Positions 44,984-55,951 of a stretch of 64,000 bases of DNA are shown piece by piece. A program made the translations under genes and the position numbers. The stretch's first letter is position 1, and every line of letters starts with the position of its first letter. The stretch is taken from positions 62,001 to 126,000 of the IMG/VR virus record IMGVR_UViG_3300043426_000266, one strand, 5' to 3'. The notes under the pieces are model-generated. The model did no database searches. It saw only the letters and a list, made by a program, of their open reading frames with translations, and was not told the origin of the DNA.

Positions 44984-45442
44984 ATGAGCCGACCAGAACT
45001 CTCTGTGAAAGCAGAAGCTCTCGGTCTAATTCGAGATATTGACCCCGAATGGAGTGAATACCTTAGTACGGCAATTGAGCTTACTGTAGCTAATAAAATT
45101 GCGTTAGACTGGACAAGTGCTAGACCCTTGCCTAAACAATTACGAAATCCATCTTGCTTGGCTAAAACCAAAGAAGGGGCTATTCTTTATTTGAGTACGC
45201 AGGTATGGCTTGCCATAGATGCTGCCGGAGATAAACAACTTATTACCCCAGAGGAAACCTCAGGAGTTTTAATTGAAGATTCGACGGGTAAGATTATTCA
45301 GAACTTTACTGGACTTCCTGAGGTTGTTCCAGAAAATACAAAACACTTAATTCGTATCTCAATTCGTTCTGATATGAATGAAGAAACCAAACAACGTCAA
45401 CCTGAAACAAAATGGACGTTATACTCCGAACTCTCTGTTTAA
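44984..45442 (+). CDS. hypothetical protein
   Basis: ATG 44984 after GGAG. Confidence 0.75.
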   Translation: MSRPELSVKAEALGLIRDIDPEWSEYLSTAIELTVANKIALDWTSARPLPKQLRNPSCLAKTKEGAILYLSTQVWLAIDAAGDKQLITPEETSGVLIEDSTGKIIQNFTGLPEVVPENTKHLIRISIRSDMNEETKQRQPETKWTLYSELSV

Positions 45443-45454
45443 TGTAAAGATTTT

Positions 45455-45476
45455 CAGATCTACACTATCTACGTGA
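45455..45476 (+). promoter_or_regulatory. early promoter motif variant
   Basis: CAGATCTACACTATCTACGTGA. Confidence 0.55.
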
Positions 45477-45518
45477 GTCAACCACTCAATTAACCATTCT
45501 TTTCAAAAGGACTACCCA

Positions 45519-45968
45519 ATGACTAACCGTTCTGATTTCTTAGTAGCAAACATTATCGACCGTATTCAAGACATCAGTGCTTCTGCCAAAGAACGTGACA
45601 ATTCAATCAGTTATGATGAACCGAGCTATACTGGCTCATTACGTCGAAGTGGTTTAGATCCAGAGCTTGCATCTAAATACAAAGAGCATGACGAGGAATA
45701 CTTAGCTGCAACTTTAGTCGATGTAACTGAACGCTCTCATCGCAAATTTGAAGATGACGAACAACTTCAAGAAGTAAACGCAAGTGTATACCTCGGTGAT
45801 CGCGAGCGTGTGCGTGCTGTAATTAGTCGCGGTTATGTAAATAATAACGGTGAAACGATCTACAACCACATTCTTGCTGAACATCAACGTGACAACACTC
45901 ACTTGGAAGGCGTGCAGCGTTTAGCTTCTAGCTATGCGAATTTGCGCATGACTGTTACAACCGAATAA
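45519..45968 (+). CDS. hypothetical acidic early protein
   Basis: 149 aa with AAAGGA RBS. Confidence 0.75.
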   Translation: MTNRSDFLVANIIDRIQDISASAKERDNSISYDEPSYTGSLRRSGLDPELASKYKEHDEEYLAATLVDVTERSHRKFEDDEQLQEVNASVYLGDRERVRAVISRGYVNNNGETIYNHILAEHQRDNTHLEGVQRLASSYANLRMTVTTE

Positions 45969-45971
45969 TTT

Positions 45972-46003
45972 AAAAGGGAGCCTAGGCTCCCTTTTATTTT
46001 TCT
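45972..46003 (+). terminator. intrinsic terminator (perfect palindrome)
   Basis: AAAAGGGAGC-CTAG-GCTCCCTTTT. Confidence 0.85.
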
Positions 46004-46033
46004 TAATTCTATGAAGAAGGATTGAGGTGAATC

Positions 46034-46636
46034 ATGAAATTAACTAAATTAAACCCCTATGAGTCAATTCTCGCTGATTTAGATACCTGGCTAATTGATC
46101 ACTATGATGCAATTAAAGCTTTAGCTTTACGCACCAGCACGACAGGTGGAAAGATTCGGGAACTTACATTATCAAAAGCAATTAAAGATACCAATGGCGC
46201 AATTATCGGTATCATTAGTGTGAATGTTTTAAATGAAAAATATGGTGCTAATAATTTAGTTACCGATATCTTGAGCAAACGAGATCCGTCGGATGATACC
46301 CCAGGGCGTTTATTAAACTCTGAATCATTTAAAGAAAAGTTTATAGATTCAACTGATCGTTTTATTCTAAGACTTAGTTTTAAACAGTATTTATCAGATG
46401 CAATGGGTTTAGCAAATGTAACCATGTCGTCAGTTCATCGTTTTACTGTTGGTGAAGATGATGAGTTGTTGCGTGGTCTTGCACGTCGTCAGGTCACTTC
46501 GCATATGTGGGAAGATCATGCCGTTGTGATTACAACTCGTGAGTACTTTACGAGTTTTGTTAAACCGGCATTAACAGCGTGGGTCCCGGATATTGTTGAC
46601 ATAGTAGTGCAAACGATTTATGAACCAACCGCATAA
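46034..46636 (+). CDS. hypothetical/virion protein (phiKZ gp32-like position)
   Basis: 200 aa, GAGGTG RBS, convergent with the tail tube gene. Confidence 0.6.
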   Translation: MKLTKLNPYESILADLDTWLIDHYDAIKALALRTSTTGGKIRELTLSKAIKDTNGAIIGIISVNVLNEKYGANNLVTDILSKRDPSDDTPGRLLNSESFKEKFIDSTDRFILRLSFKQYLSDAMGLANVTMSSVHRFTVGEDDELLRGLARRQVTSHMWEDHAVVITTREYFTSFVKPALTAWVPDIVDIVVQTIYEPTA

Positions 46637-46667
46637 AAAAGAGTCCCCTAGGGGACTCTTTTTTTTT
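46635..46667. terminator. bidirectional terminator (30-bp perfect palindrome)
   Basis: AAAAAAGAGTCCC-CTAG-GGGACTCTTTTTT. Confidence 0.85.
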
Positions 46668-47523
46668 ATGTTGATGAAATAGCCGCTCTAGCCATTTTAT
46701 TGATCCCATCCAAATAACCAGGATGTTTAGCAGCATCTGCATCCGCGCCTTCAAGAGGAGCTGGTTGCATTTGTGGATTCGCACCAGTGTAGTTCAAACG
46801 ATCTAAGATCATTTGCGCAACTGCTAATGTACCAAACGAAGTATCTTGAATACCCGTCATGGTAATTGAGATTTCGCGAATCTCACGTGCTGCAGACAAG
46901 TCACGACGATGTTCAATAGTCGGTAGTGTCTTTGGCGACATGTTTGCAATCATGTAAGCATCGACTGCTTTTGTTTGTGTGATGTCAGGTTCAATGAAGA
47001 TCATTACCCAAGAATAGAAATCGGCTAAGATCTTGTCTGGTTTTCCATCCATCGTGATAATCATTGGTGTTTTAGTTTGAGCATCAAAGATAAATGTGCG
47101 ATAGTAGAATTCCCATGCGCGTGAAATACATGCATTGTTGCGGTCATACATGGTAAATGTAACTTCAGACTGATCTTGTTTAACGTTCGAATGGTAATGC
47201 ATCACATGACCAGCGCCGCCAATCTCATATTCACCAACTTCAGGTTGATAAGAACGACGAAGACCTTCGATACGATGTGAGCCAACTTCGAGCAATGATT
47301 TAAAGGTTGCTGCTAATAAACCATCGTCATTGAGTAAACGAAAACCATCTGGATTACGAAGAACCAAAGGAATAATCTGCCCAGAGGTGTATGGGTGTTG
47401 GCTAAGATATTCTTGAATATCAATACCCCAACCATACTGTGCACCATAACGAGCGTCTTCCACTGGTGCTTTTAACCCGGCAATATGTGGTGCGCTCGGT
47501 AGAGCACGTTTAACAATAGCCAT
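46666..47523 (-). CDS. tail tube protein (phiKZ gp30-like)
   Basis: 285 aa directly downstream of the sheath; GAQYGW, IEGL..S, MIFIEPD motifs. Confidence 0.8.
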   Translation of the reverse strand: MAIVKRALPSAPHIAGLKAPVEDARYGAQYGWGIDIQEYLSQHPYTSGQIIPLVLRNPDGFRLLNDDGLLAATFKSLLEVGSHRIEGLRRSYQPEVGEYEIGGAGHVMHYHSNVKQDQSEVTFTMYDRNNACISRAWEFYYRTFIFDAQTKTPMIITMDGKPDKILADFYSWVMIFIEPDITQTKAVDAYMIANMSPKTLPTIEHRRDLSAAREIREISITMTGIQDTSFGTLAVAQMILDRLNYTGANPQMQPAPLEGADADAAKHPGYLDGINKMARAAISST

Positions 47524-47540
47524 TGTTTAAACTCCAAATT

Positions 47541-47565
47541 AGAAAGAAGGGGTTTTTAAACCCCT
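47541..47565 (-). terminator. hairpin between sheath and tube genes
   Basis: AGGGGTTT-TT-AAACCCCT with a short T-rich tail on the minus strand. Confidence 0.45.
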
Positions 47566-47580
47566 CAATGAATTGTTGAA

Positions 47581-49962
47581 TTACACCGTATTGCCAGTGT
47601 AGTCAGACATACGTTTTGCAATTACACCGTAGATGAACGCAGTTTTCATTACGTTACCATAGATGTGGTAATGGTTACGCCAAATGAAGCCTTTTTGTTT
47701 ATCCGCTTCTAGAATCTCTGGGTGAGATTCTACAACATATTTACCAGCGAATACGCCGTCTGCTAATTCTTCAGCGACACGTTTTGTTTCCTGAATAAAT
47801 TCATCGTCAGTTAAATCATCACGACCCACTAAACGAGTATGTGTAACGATGTTTAAGTATTCAAGATAACAACATGCCATCATCATTTTCGCAGAGTTCA
47901 ATACCGAGTCATCGTAAGGATAAACGGTTTGAACGGCTGGAGTGTAATAACGGAATTGGTCGAAGGATTGGTTATACGTGATACCCATACCCCAAGCTTT
48001 ACTGAATGAATCATTCTCACGATACGTGTGATTGATATCTTCCATGTACTTTGTGATGTTGTTCGGGTTGATCGTAAAGTCGTAGTTTGTACGCCAAATA
48101 CCATCAGAAGAACCACAGAAGTCAGACAACTGCATCGCATACTCGTAAGTGTACGGTAAGAAGCCATCCCAAACATCTGGTTCTACGACACGTGCAGAGT
48201 GTGCACGAATTACGCCACGAACGACTGGAGTTGAGTAGTAATCAGATTCTGGAATCGCACTAAAGCGAGCAAGGATTGCTTGTGCGTAACCTTCTTCGTC
48301 TTGAATAGACTGATGACCATCTGCCCAAATACCCCAATCCTCAACAAGACCGGCAACGTTTTCAGTATCAGTTACGTTACCGTCACGATAGATAGAACGA
48401 GCAGCTGGATCTAAGGTTTGTTCAATGTCATAAACGGCATAAGTTCCCGCAACGATATGAACATCTGGGCGTAGGCGAAGTAGACGCGGCATTTCCAACT
48501 TGGTTTCTAAAGAGAAACCTGAGTCAATGAAACAAGAGAAAGGATATTTTAAAGCATCCTTATACTTGTTATCACCCATACCGAAAGCTTTAAGACGAGC
48601 ACGAACGGCGTCATCAAACAACTTAGCATTCACTTCCTTAGCTGGACGACCATCAGAATAGTAGTACAAGCCATCTGCGCCACCACGTGCAAAATGAGCA
48701 ACGCCATTTTCAAAGGTAATACCACCCAGAGAAACTGAATCTTCTAAAGAGAAAGTTGCATAAGGAATTGCATTGTGGTCACGACCAGAAACAAAGTTTA
48801 GCAAATGAGTGTTTTCTGGATCAGACAACTTAGCCCAGTCTTCACGCGTTGCACCGATAGTCGGGTGATTGTCGTATTGGGCTTCACCTTCAATCTGAAT
48901 GTCCTGACCTTCGGCATTGACAATGTAACCCTGGTTCAACATACGAAGTAAAGTATCAAGTTCATTTTCATAAACTTTAACTCGACCCCACGGGCCAATA
49001 GTTGCTGCACCGGCAGGTGTTGCTTTTTTGCTATAAGCAGGAACCAAAGTACGATCGATTGAAATCGGATTTTTACTTAATTTAGAAAAGGTTTCTTTTT
49101 TAAAGGTTGCATCTAATGCAACATCACCAGTTAATAAATAAGTTGGTTCTGGAGAAGCATTACGGTCTTCCTTATTTACAGACATGACACGATAAAGCGC
49201 AGAGCGGTTTAACTTCATATCAGAAATTTGTGGACCATTATCATCACGTGTAGTTGGTGTGAAGATGCGAAGACCATTTAAGTTACCGTCACGACCATAG
49301 CTTGACAACTCAATATCCACCCAAGGATACATTGTTGTTTCAGCAGATAATGTATCTGGACCAACTGTTAAGCTAGATACCAGAGGGCTTAAAACGTCTT
49401 CTGGGTCGATACGATCGCCTGCTGCGCGATATTGATGAATACGGGCTTTACCGAACTCGCGTTGCTCACCTGCTGGATAAACATAGACACCGGCATGTAG
49501 AACCAACTTAGAACCATAAATGGTATCTTCGACAGTGCGGGCACCCAAGGCATTAACAGCCACATCACCTACAGTACCTAGGTTTTCATCACTAATACGA
49601 GTGTATACATCTAAATCTGTTGGAATAACTTCTACGCTCAAACGCAAAAATGCTTTGGTTGCTCCTGGTAATTTCACAGTTTCAACAATCATTTGGTTTG
49701 CTTTTTTAAGCAAACTTTTTACATAAGCATTTGCATGAGTGTAGTAAACTGAATCTTTGTTAAATGTTTCTGGTCCAAGTAGTTCAGAAGAAGCACCGTT
49801 TAAGGTAAAAGCTTCATCGTAGGTACGTTGTCCAAGAATGAAAAACAGTGGAAAAAATTGCGGTCTGCTAATTGGGGTTAAAATCTCTCGACCACGAGAA
49901 TCATCCTTAAATCCTAAAGGATAACCTCGTGGTTGAGCATTGGTGACAAGATATCCTGCCAT
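47581..49962 (-). CDS. tail sheath protein (phiKZ gp29-like)
   Basis: 793 aa; N-terminal P.G.KDDS, P...P.F, YPFS...DSGF...TK, QTV..YDDSVLN, ..YG.VMKT motifs. Confidence 0.85.
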   Translation of the reverse strand: MAGYLVTNAQPRGYPLGFKDDSRGREILTPISRPQFFPLFFILGQRTYDEAFTLNGASSELLGPETFNKDSVYYTHANAYVKSLLKKANQMIVETVKLPGATKAFLRLSVEVIPTDLDVYTRISDENLGTVGDVAVNALGARTVEDTIYGSKLVLHAGVYVYPAGEQREFGKARIHQYRAAGDRIDPEDVLSPLVSSLTVGPDTLSAETTMYPWVDIELSSYGRDGNLNGLRIFTPTTRDDNGPQISDMKLNRSALYRVMSVNKEDRNASPEPTYLLTGDVALDATFKKETFSKLSKNPISIDRTLVPAYSKKATPAGAATIGPWGRVKVYENELDTLLRMLNQGYIVNAEGQDIQIEGEAQYDNHPTIGATREDWAKLSDPENTHLLNFVSGRDHNAIPYATFSLEDSVSLGGITFENGVAHFARGGADGLYYYSDGRPAKEVNAKLFDDAVRARLKAFGMGDNKYKDALKYPFSCFIDSGFSLETKLEMPRLLRLRPDVHIVAGTYAVYDIEQTLDPAARSIYRDGNVTDTENVAGLVEDWGIWADGHQSIQDEEGYAQAILARFSAIPESDYYSTPVVRGVIRAHSARVVEPDVWDGFLPYTYEYAMQLSDFCGSSDGIWRTNYDFTINPNNITKYMEDINHTYRENDSFSKAWGMGITYNQSFDQFRYYTPAVQTVYPYDDSVLNSAKMMMACCYLEYLNIVTHTRLVGRDDLTDDEFIQETKRVAEELADGVFAGKYVVESHPEILEADKQKGFIWRNHYHIYGNVMKTAFIYGVIAKRMSDYTGNTV

Positions 49963-50063
49963 GTCTATTCTCCTAGGAGTAGGGTGTTTTTATGTGATGT
50001 TCGATCGTTTATACATCATCATATTAATATTTAAAATATTACAGCGTAGACTTAGAGGTTATC

Positions 50064-50996
50064 ATGAAACAGTCACCTTATCAAACATTCAGTTGCTCCG
50101 GTTATACTCTTGAAAAAATCATTCAGGAGCTTCAAGCAGAAGCAACTATAGATCTACACTCATCTATGCAAACCGCTAATAATGAACTGGGTAATCCGGT
50201 TCGTTTGTTATACACAAATTTAAAATTCAACCCGAAACCTTTTGCTCATCCATTAGACATTGTTGAACACACCGGGCAACGTCGTGATGAACAAAAAACT
50301 GTTGTTCAAGACATTAGACCTTTTACAAAATCATCTCAACAACACGGGGTGGTGGTTACAAATTATGCTGAACATGCTTTGGCAATGCGGCGAGCATTAC
50401 TACATTCAATCTGGGTAACTTCAGATTCTTATTTATTGCGAAATGTTTGTAGTCCGCTCATGTGTATTTTTGCTTCTTGGGTTTCTGAATCGATTGCAAA
50501 ACGTTTAGACATGGATGCAATCACTCAATTAAAAATAGCAAACATTGCAGCTTGGTGGTTTTGGTGTCAATACAACACCCCTGAAGATTTAACTCAGGAA
50601 ACCCGTTCTAAGATTTATAAACTCATCGCTGATTCTACTCGAGCGTCTTTTGATACCGTAGAAAGTGATTTAGAAGATTTAGAATACTTTGATGACATTG
50701 AAGGGTTTTGTGCGGCGGTTAAAGAAAGTACAGATAATCCTAGAATTAAACACTTAGATCCTGGCGCTCTAATTCAACTGACTTCGGGTGTGTGGATGGG
50801 TGTTCACTCTCGAGAAATCATGAGTGTTTGTTTGGAGTACCCTCCGTACCTAGCATCAGTTGTTTACTCAGCGCTCCATGATCGTGGGATGCGAAGTACA
50901 CCGTTTACTAAACTCGTTCAACGGTTTATCACTCGACCAGACATTAAAGGTTTTAAGACGTCAATTGATTATCTAGCAAAGGTTAACGTTGGGTAA
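50064..50996 (+). CDS. virion structural protein (phiKZ gp28-like)
   Basis: 310 aa, divergent from the sheath; F.HP, QD.R.F, LEYPP...A.VY motifs. Confidence 0.7.
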   Translation: MKQSPYQTFSCSGYTLEKIIQELQAEATIDLHSSMQTANNELGNPVRLLYTNLKFNPKPFAHPLDIVEHTGQRRDEQKTVVQDIRPFTKSSQQHGVVVTNYAEHALAMRRALLHSIWVTSDSYLLRNVCSPLMCIFASWVSESIAKRLDMDAITQLKIANIAAWWFWCQYNTPEDLTQETRSKIYKLIADSTRASFDTVESDLEDLEYFDDIEGFCAAVKESTDNPRIKHLDPGALIQLTSGVWMGVHSREIMSVCLEYPPYLASVVYSALHDRGMRSTPFTKLVQRFITRPDIKGFKTSIDYLAKVNVG

Positions 50997-51031
50997 TTAT
51001 TAAACATTATTTTGTCCACATAGAGGTTGTC

Positions 51032-53767
51032 ATGAATCCATTCGTATTGAATACTATTTTAGCAGACTCTTGGTTTGCAGCAGGGCTGGGGTATAATCAC
51101 ACTATTAAACCATCCCGTGTATCACCGCCGGGTGGATTCAAAGGAACTGCAAGGGTTGCTGGTCGGTACTATGAACCGCCAGCAACAAATGTCCGTAACG
51201 CTTCTTTTCATTATTATCACATTGGCCAGATGCCAACACACTTTCTAGGGATGTTTAATGTTATTCCTGGTAAGTGGTATAGTGTTGAGGATTTAATCAA
51301 TAAAGATAATCATCTCATTGATGCAGTACTTACAAACGGGGTTACCTTATCACCCCGCCATGTCTTTATTATGAAAAGTCCGATTGATTGTAACTTAATC
51401 GTTGCGACTTTAGTTGTTCCAGGTTTTGACTATGGTGAAACGGTTATTGCGTTAGCGCAAGAAGAATTTCCGGTTTTCCTAGTGACCTCTGAGGATGGTG
51501 GTTCAATACCGTTGGACGGAGGTAAACGAGTTACTGCTTCTATTAATATCGTAGAGCTTGTTCTACATTTTAGTTTTAATCACCGAGCTAATGCAGCTGA
51601 TATAAGACATCCAGCACAATGGGATTTTCTCTCGCATTCTAAGATTGTTCAGTATGATTGTGCAATGCTAGCTACAACCTCGGAAGTCACCAGTTTTTTA
51701 GACAAGTACACAGATCAATTATTCGCCGCTTGGGTTATTGCGAACGGGAAGATCATGACGGTTGCTTCTGCACTTGCTGCAGCGTCTACATTAGTGGGGA
51801 AAGAACTTTGTGTACATTATGACCGCACAATTAAGGTAAAACAATTTCATAATTTCGGATCAAGCGCCACAATGACGTCGAATGAAAATGGTGTTAGAAA
51901 ACACATCATTAACATTGGTGCTGCTTTGGAATCCCCGCATGATGTTTCATTGTTTCTAGGAATAGGTAACGACACAACATTTAAAGGACTCTCTTTAGAT
52001 AATAGACACATTGAGCTTGTTCAGCAAGTTACCAATCATCATCTTGCAATCAATGATGTTCAATTGAATGAATTAAGATTAAAACATGGTTTCTTAAATA
52101 CAGGGGAAGACCTTGTTATTTATGCCGTTATTCGAAAAAGCACACTCAGTAGAATGGGTGGTTCTCAGTACGCTCGGTTAGATGTTTTAACTGGATTAGG
52201 TACAACGCTTAAAAACAACTTCCTCTCTGACGCAGGGTTAATCCCTGAGTGGCAAGGTATATCGCTAGAACTTAATGAATATAATGTTTTGCGAAATAGT
52301 CCTGTCCGTTTATTTAACGAAAACAGAATTGTTGACGGTTATGGCTACGTTGGTTTGTCAAGATTGTTTACGCCAGCGTTAATTAAAGGTACTACATTTA
52401 CAAGACATGGTAATACTTACTCTAAGTTTAAGACCAGTATATTAAGTCGAGAACGTACTAAGAAATTACCGACCCGTTCCGAGGTTGAAGTTATCGCTTA
52501 TGGTTTAGATAATAAACTAGAAACCTCAAAATACCTTACGCAGAATATCGCAGGAATGGTTACTTTCAAAAATAAAGATTTAAAATACATTGAATCTAAT
52601 TTAGTTAGACAATTGTTTGGAACACTCAAAGGTAACCATAAACTTTACGGGAATCAAGTTTTAAACGCTGATGCTTTGTTTTATGGATGGCAATGTTACG
52701 TCTGTGAAAAAGAGAATGGTGTGGCTAACCAGGAATGGTTCCGTGCAGTAAAAGATCTTCATTACACCATTGCAACAATTGGAGTAAATAAAACCATTGT
52801 TTGGAATACAAGTGTTTTGAATTTAAATAACCTTGTGGGATGTTTTACCATTGGTGGGGATGTGAGTCACGTTGTGACGTATGTTCGATACATCAATCTT
52901 CGCAGAGGTTACATGAGTGTTAATTTTGTAACTGATGTTGACGGGCTAATGCCACTACCTTCTGAGCGGGTTGACGTATGGCTGGCTGGAGGTTTGTTAA
53001 TTGAAGGGATTGATTATTTGGTGGGTCGAGATCAAATCATTATCTTTAAGAAGTTTACTTCAATTAATGATGAAGTGAGAATACGTTTATCTGGGTTACC
53101 TCTAGATGGTTCTCATTCACAACCACTGGAGACTGGTTATGTTGACCGTGGTAAAATATCATTTGATCATAAGTCAAGAATATTTAGAGGTAAGGAAGTT
53201 CAAATAAACATTGGTGGAGAGATCCAACACGCTTCAACGATCTGTTATGGTCATGAAACTGAGAATGCTTTAACTGGGTATAATGGTAAACCCTATCAAA
53301 TCAAAGAACATATCCAACCGCTTGAAGGCTACACAGATGCAAACACCTTTGATGAAGTTGACCGAATGCATGTGATGGAAAATGTGATTGTAGATACGCT
53401 TAATACACTTGCGCCAATCAACTATGTTAGAGAAACGACAACACTGGCTTTGGGATTGCATCATCAGGTTGTTTCAGTTTTTCTCAACGAGATCATTTAT
53501 CAGATCTTAAATGAAGGTTTGATCGCAACACAAATATCTGGCACGTATACAAAAGCGATGACTGATGGTTGGTTTGCTCCGCTTTTATATTTGCTTGAGT
53601 ACGATGTTAGTCTGAACCCTATTTTGAACATAAACTTTATTACAGTTAATCCACATGAAAAAACAACCATAAATGTTAACACACATCAATTAAGATTATT
53701 TAATTTTGTAAACCAAAATTATCTTAATAGTAAAGTAACAATGACTGGGCGTTTCACTGTGGTGTGA
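51032..53767 (+). CDS. large virion/baseplate structural protein (phiKZ gp27-like)
   Basis: 911 aa between the gp28-like gene and the terminase; YHIGQ and LNGxxLIEGIDY-type motifs. Confidence 0.65.
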   Translation: MNPFVLNTILADSWFAAGLGYNHTIKPSRVSPPGGFKGTARVAGRYYEPPATNVRNASFHYYHIGQMPTHFLGMFNVIPGKWYSVEDLINKDNHLIDAVLTNGVTLSPRHVFIMKSPIDCNLIVATLVVPGFDYGETVIALAQEEFPVFLVTSEDGGSIPLDGGKRVTASINIVELVLHFSFNHRANAADIRHPAQWDFLSHSKIVQYDCAMLATTSEVTSFLDKYTDQLFAAWVIANGKIMTVASALAAASTLVGKELCVHYDRTIKVKQFHNFGSSATMTSNENGVRKHIINIGAALESPHDVSLFLGIGNDTTFKGLSLDNRHIELVQQVTNHHLAINDVQLNELRLKHGFLNTGEDLVIYAVIRKSTLSRMGGSQYARLDVLTGLGTTLKNNFLSDAGLIPEWQGISLELNEYNVLRNSPVRLFNENRIVDGYGYVGLSRLFTPALIKGTTFTRHGNTYSKFKTSILSRERTKKLPTRSEVEVIAYGLDNKLETSKYLTQNIAGMVTFKNKDLKYIESNLVRQLFGTLKGNHKLYGNQVLNADALFYGWQCYVCEKENGVANQEWFRAVKDLHYTIATIGVNKTIVWNTSVLNLNNLVGCFTIGGDVSHVVTYVRYINLRRGYMSVNFVTDVDGLMPLPSERVDVWLAGGLLIEGIDYLVGRDQIIIFKKFTSINDEVRIRLSGLPLDGSHSQPLETGYVDRGKISFDHKSRIFRGKEVQINIGGEIQHASTICYGHETENALTGYNGKPYQIKEHIQPLEGYTDANTFDEVDRMHVMENVIVDTLNTLAPINYVRETTTLALGLHHQVVSVFLNEIIYQILNEGLIATQISGTYTKAMTDGWFAPLLYLLEYDVSLNPILNINFITVNPHEKTTINVNTHQLRLFNFVNQNYLNSKVTMTGRFTVV

Positions 53768-53774
53768 GGTTGCG

Positions 53775-55940
53775 ATGAACGTTATTCTTTACGAAGAGGA
53801 TTGGGGTCGCTACCCTAGTGCTACAGTACATTATGAAACACAAAATAGATCATGGGTCGAGTTAGCCAAGAAGCTGGAAATACAAGGGGTTAAAAATAAT
53901 AAGTTTTTTTTAGCTCTTTTAAACCCGGCGCTACGTTACGTTGATCCATGGAATGAAGATTTAGACGAAATAACTAAAACAGCAGTTGCAACCGAGATTA
54001 AACTTAATCCCTGGTATTTCTTTAGGGAGATTGCTAGGTTTGATAAATACGAGTTTAATGGTAAAAGATATTATTTAAATGCTAACCGTGGCAACATTGC
54101 CGCATGGTGGTGTTTCTTTAACCACCAGGACTATAACTTAACCCAACCACGTCAGACGGGTAAATCAACATCATCTAACTGGTTAGTCGTTTGGTTACTG
54201 TTCTTCGCTTATGAGAACTCTGACATTATGTTGTTAACCAAAGACAACACACTAAGACAGAATAACGTTAGAGCAATTAAAACGTATCGTGATTTATTAC
54301 CTGACTATTTAAACCCCACAACGAAAAAGGATATTAACAACTTAATCTCCGTGAGTTGTGTCGCATTAAGTAATAAACTCTATACCGCGGTTTCTCAAAA
54401 CTCTAAAGCGGATGCAGATAAAGTCGGTCGTGGTTTCTCTTGTAAGACCTATATTATCGATGAAGGCCCCTATGTTGACTATCTAGAAGTTTCGCTTAAT
54501 GCGATGCTCCCAGGGGGCGATGCGAAGCAAGCGGAAGCGGCTGAGAAGTTTGAACCCTATGGGAACATCTACACGACGACGTCAGGGTCTAAATCCGATG
54601 ATTCTGGTGCTTACTACTATGACATGGTTACAAACTGTCTTCAGTGGTCTGAACACCTGTACGATCTGAAGAACATTGATGCATTAAAAATAGTGGTGGA
54701 TAAAGCTGCGATTAATAAGAATCTTATCAATATTGTCTTTAACCATCGCCAGTTAGGTTATACCGATCAGTGGCTAATTGAGAAGTTGAAAAAGAATGGT
54801 GCGACTGGTGCTAAGGCGAATAAGGATTACTTTAACATCTGGGATGATGGTGCAACTGAATCTCCATTAGATAAAGATCTGGCTAAGGTCATCAAGTCTT
54901 CTCGCAAAGAACCTTGTTTTATTGAATTTACCAAAGAAGGTTATGCCATTAATTGGTATGTTCCAAAGCGTGAAGTTGAAATGCGAATGGCTGTCGGTAC
55001 GTTTGTCCTTGGTCTAGATACTTCAGACGCGGTAGGTCGTGATGCAATTGCAGTGACTTTAACTGATGTAAGTAATTTAGAAAACGTAGCAACGTTATTG
55101 GTTAAGGAAACTAATCTGATTCATTTTGGATATTGGTTGGTCGACTTTTTAGTTAGATATAAAAAGGTGACCCTGGTACCTGAACGTAAAAACCAAATGG
55201 CAACATTGATTGACCTATTGTTAATTCGATTGACGATCAATGGGGAAGATCCTTTTAAACGAATCTTCAACCGAGTTGTTCATGAGGATAAGTGGAAAGA
55301 GAATCTGTACAAACCTTTTCACAATCGCATTCATCGTGATCTAGATGCTTATACTGAGGTGAAAGACCAATTCGGGTACTCGACTGCAGGTAATGGCGAA
55401 TACTCTCGTAACGCGCTTTATACACAAACGTTGATCCTTGCGTGTGAGTATGGTGGAACTGTAATCAATGACGATGGTACAATTAAGGAAATCTTGGGAC
55501 TACAACGTAAAGGAAATCGGATCGACCATGCGAATGGTTCTCATGATGACCGAGTAGTTTCCTGGTTACTTTGTAATTGGTTATTGATTCACAGTAAGAA
55601 TTTAAGTTATTACGGAATTGTTAATCCATTGTCTAAAACCATGGACTATCGTAATAAGTTAAAGTTAGAAAAAGGGGATAGTTCTCTTGCGTTTAAGATA
55701 AGAGAACAAGAAGAGCAGTCAAAACTTAAGGATGAGATTGAAAACTACTTAGTGTTATTAAAGTCTGTTAAAGATGATTTACTTAGCAGTCAATACGAAG
55801 CTAAACTTCGCAAGCTAGAATCCCAATACACTGGAACTGCATTTGGAGCCTTAACGGTAACTGATCTAGTGAAACAGGCGAAAACTGAGAAGTTTAAGCG
55901 GCGGGTGAATCACCGTCGCCAGATGGAGGGTGCTTATTAA
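53775..55940 (+). CDS. terL: terminase large subunit (phiKZ gp25-like)
   Basis: Walker A PRQTGKS, Walker B YIIDEG, nuclease LGLDTSDAVGRD and HDDRVV. Confidence 0.93.
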   Translation: MNVILYEEDWGRYPSATVHYETQNRSWVELAKKLEIQGVKNNKFFLALLNPALRYVDPWNEDLDEITKTAVATEIKLNPWYFFREIARFDKYEFNGKRYYLNANRGNIAAWWCFFNHQDYNLTQPRQTGKSTSSNWLVVWLLFFAYENSDIMLLTKDNTLRQNNVRAIKTYRDLLPDYLNPTTKKDINNLISVSCVALSNKLYTAVSQNSKADADKVGRGFSCKTYIIDEGPYVDYLEVSLNAMLPGGDAKQAEAAEKFEPYGNIYTTTSGSKSDDSGAYYYDMVTNCLQWSEHLYDLKNIDALKIVVDKAAINKNLINIVFNHRQLGYTDQWLIEKLKKNGATGAKANKDYFNIWDDGATESPLDKDLAKVIKSSRKEPCFIEFTKEGYAINWYVPKREVEMRMAVGTFVLGLDTSDAVGRDAIAVTLTDVSNLENVATLLVKETNLIHFGYWLVDFLVRYKKVTLVPERKNQMATLIDLLLIRLTINGEDPFKRIFNRVVHEDKWKENLYKPFHNRIHRDLDAYTEVKDQFGYSTAGNGEYSRNALYTQTLILACEYGGTVINDDGTIKEILGLQRKGNRIDHANGSHDDRVVSWLLCNWLLIHSKNLSYYGIVNPLSKTMDYRNKLKLEKGDSSLAFKIREQEEQSKLKDEIENYLVLLKSVKDDLLSSQYEAKLRKLESQYTGTAFGALTVTDLVKQAKTEKFKRRVNHRRQMEGAY

Positions 55941-55951
55941 GGGGAAGTGAA

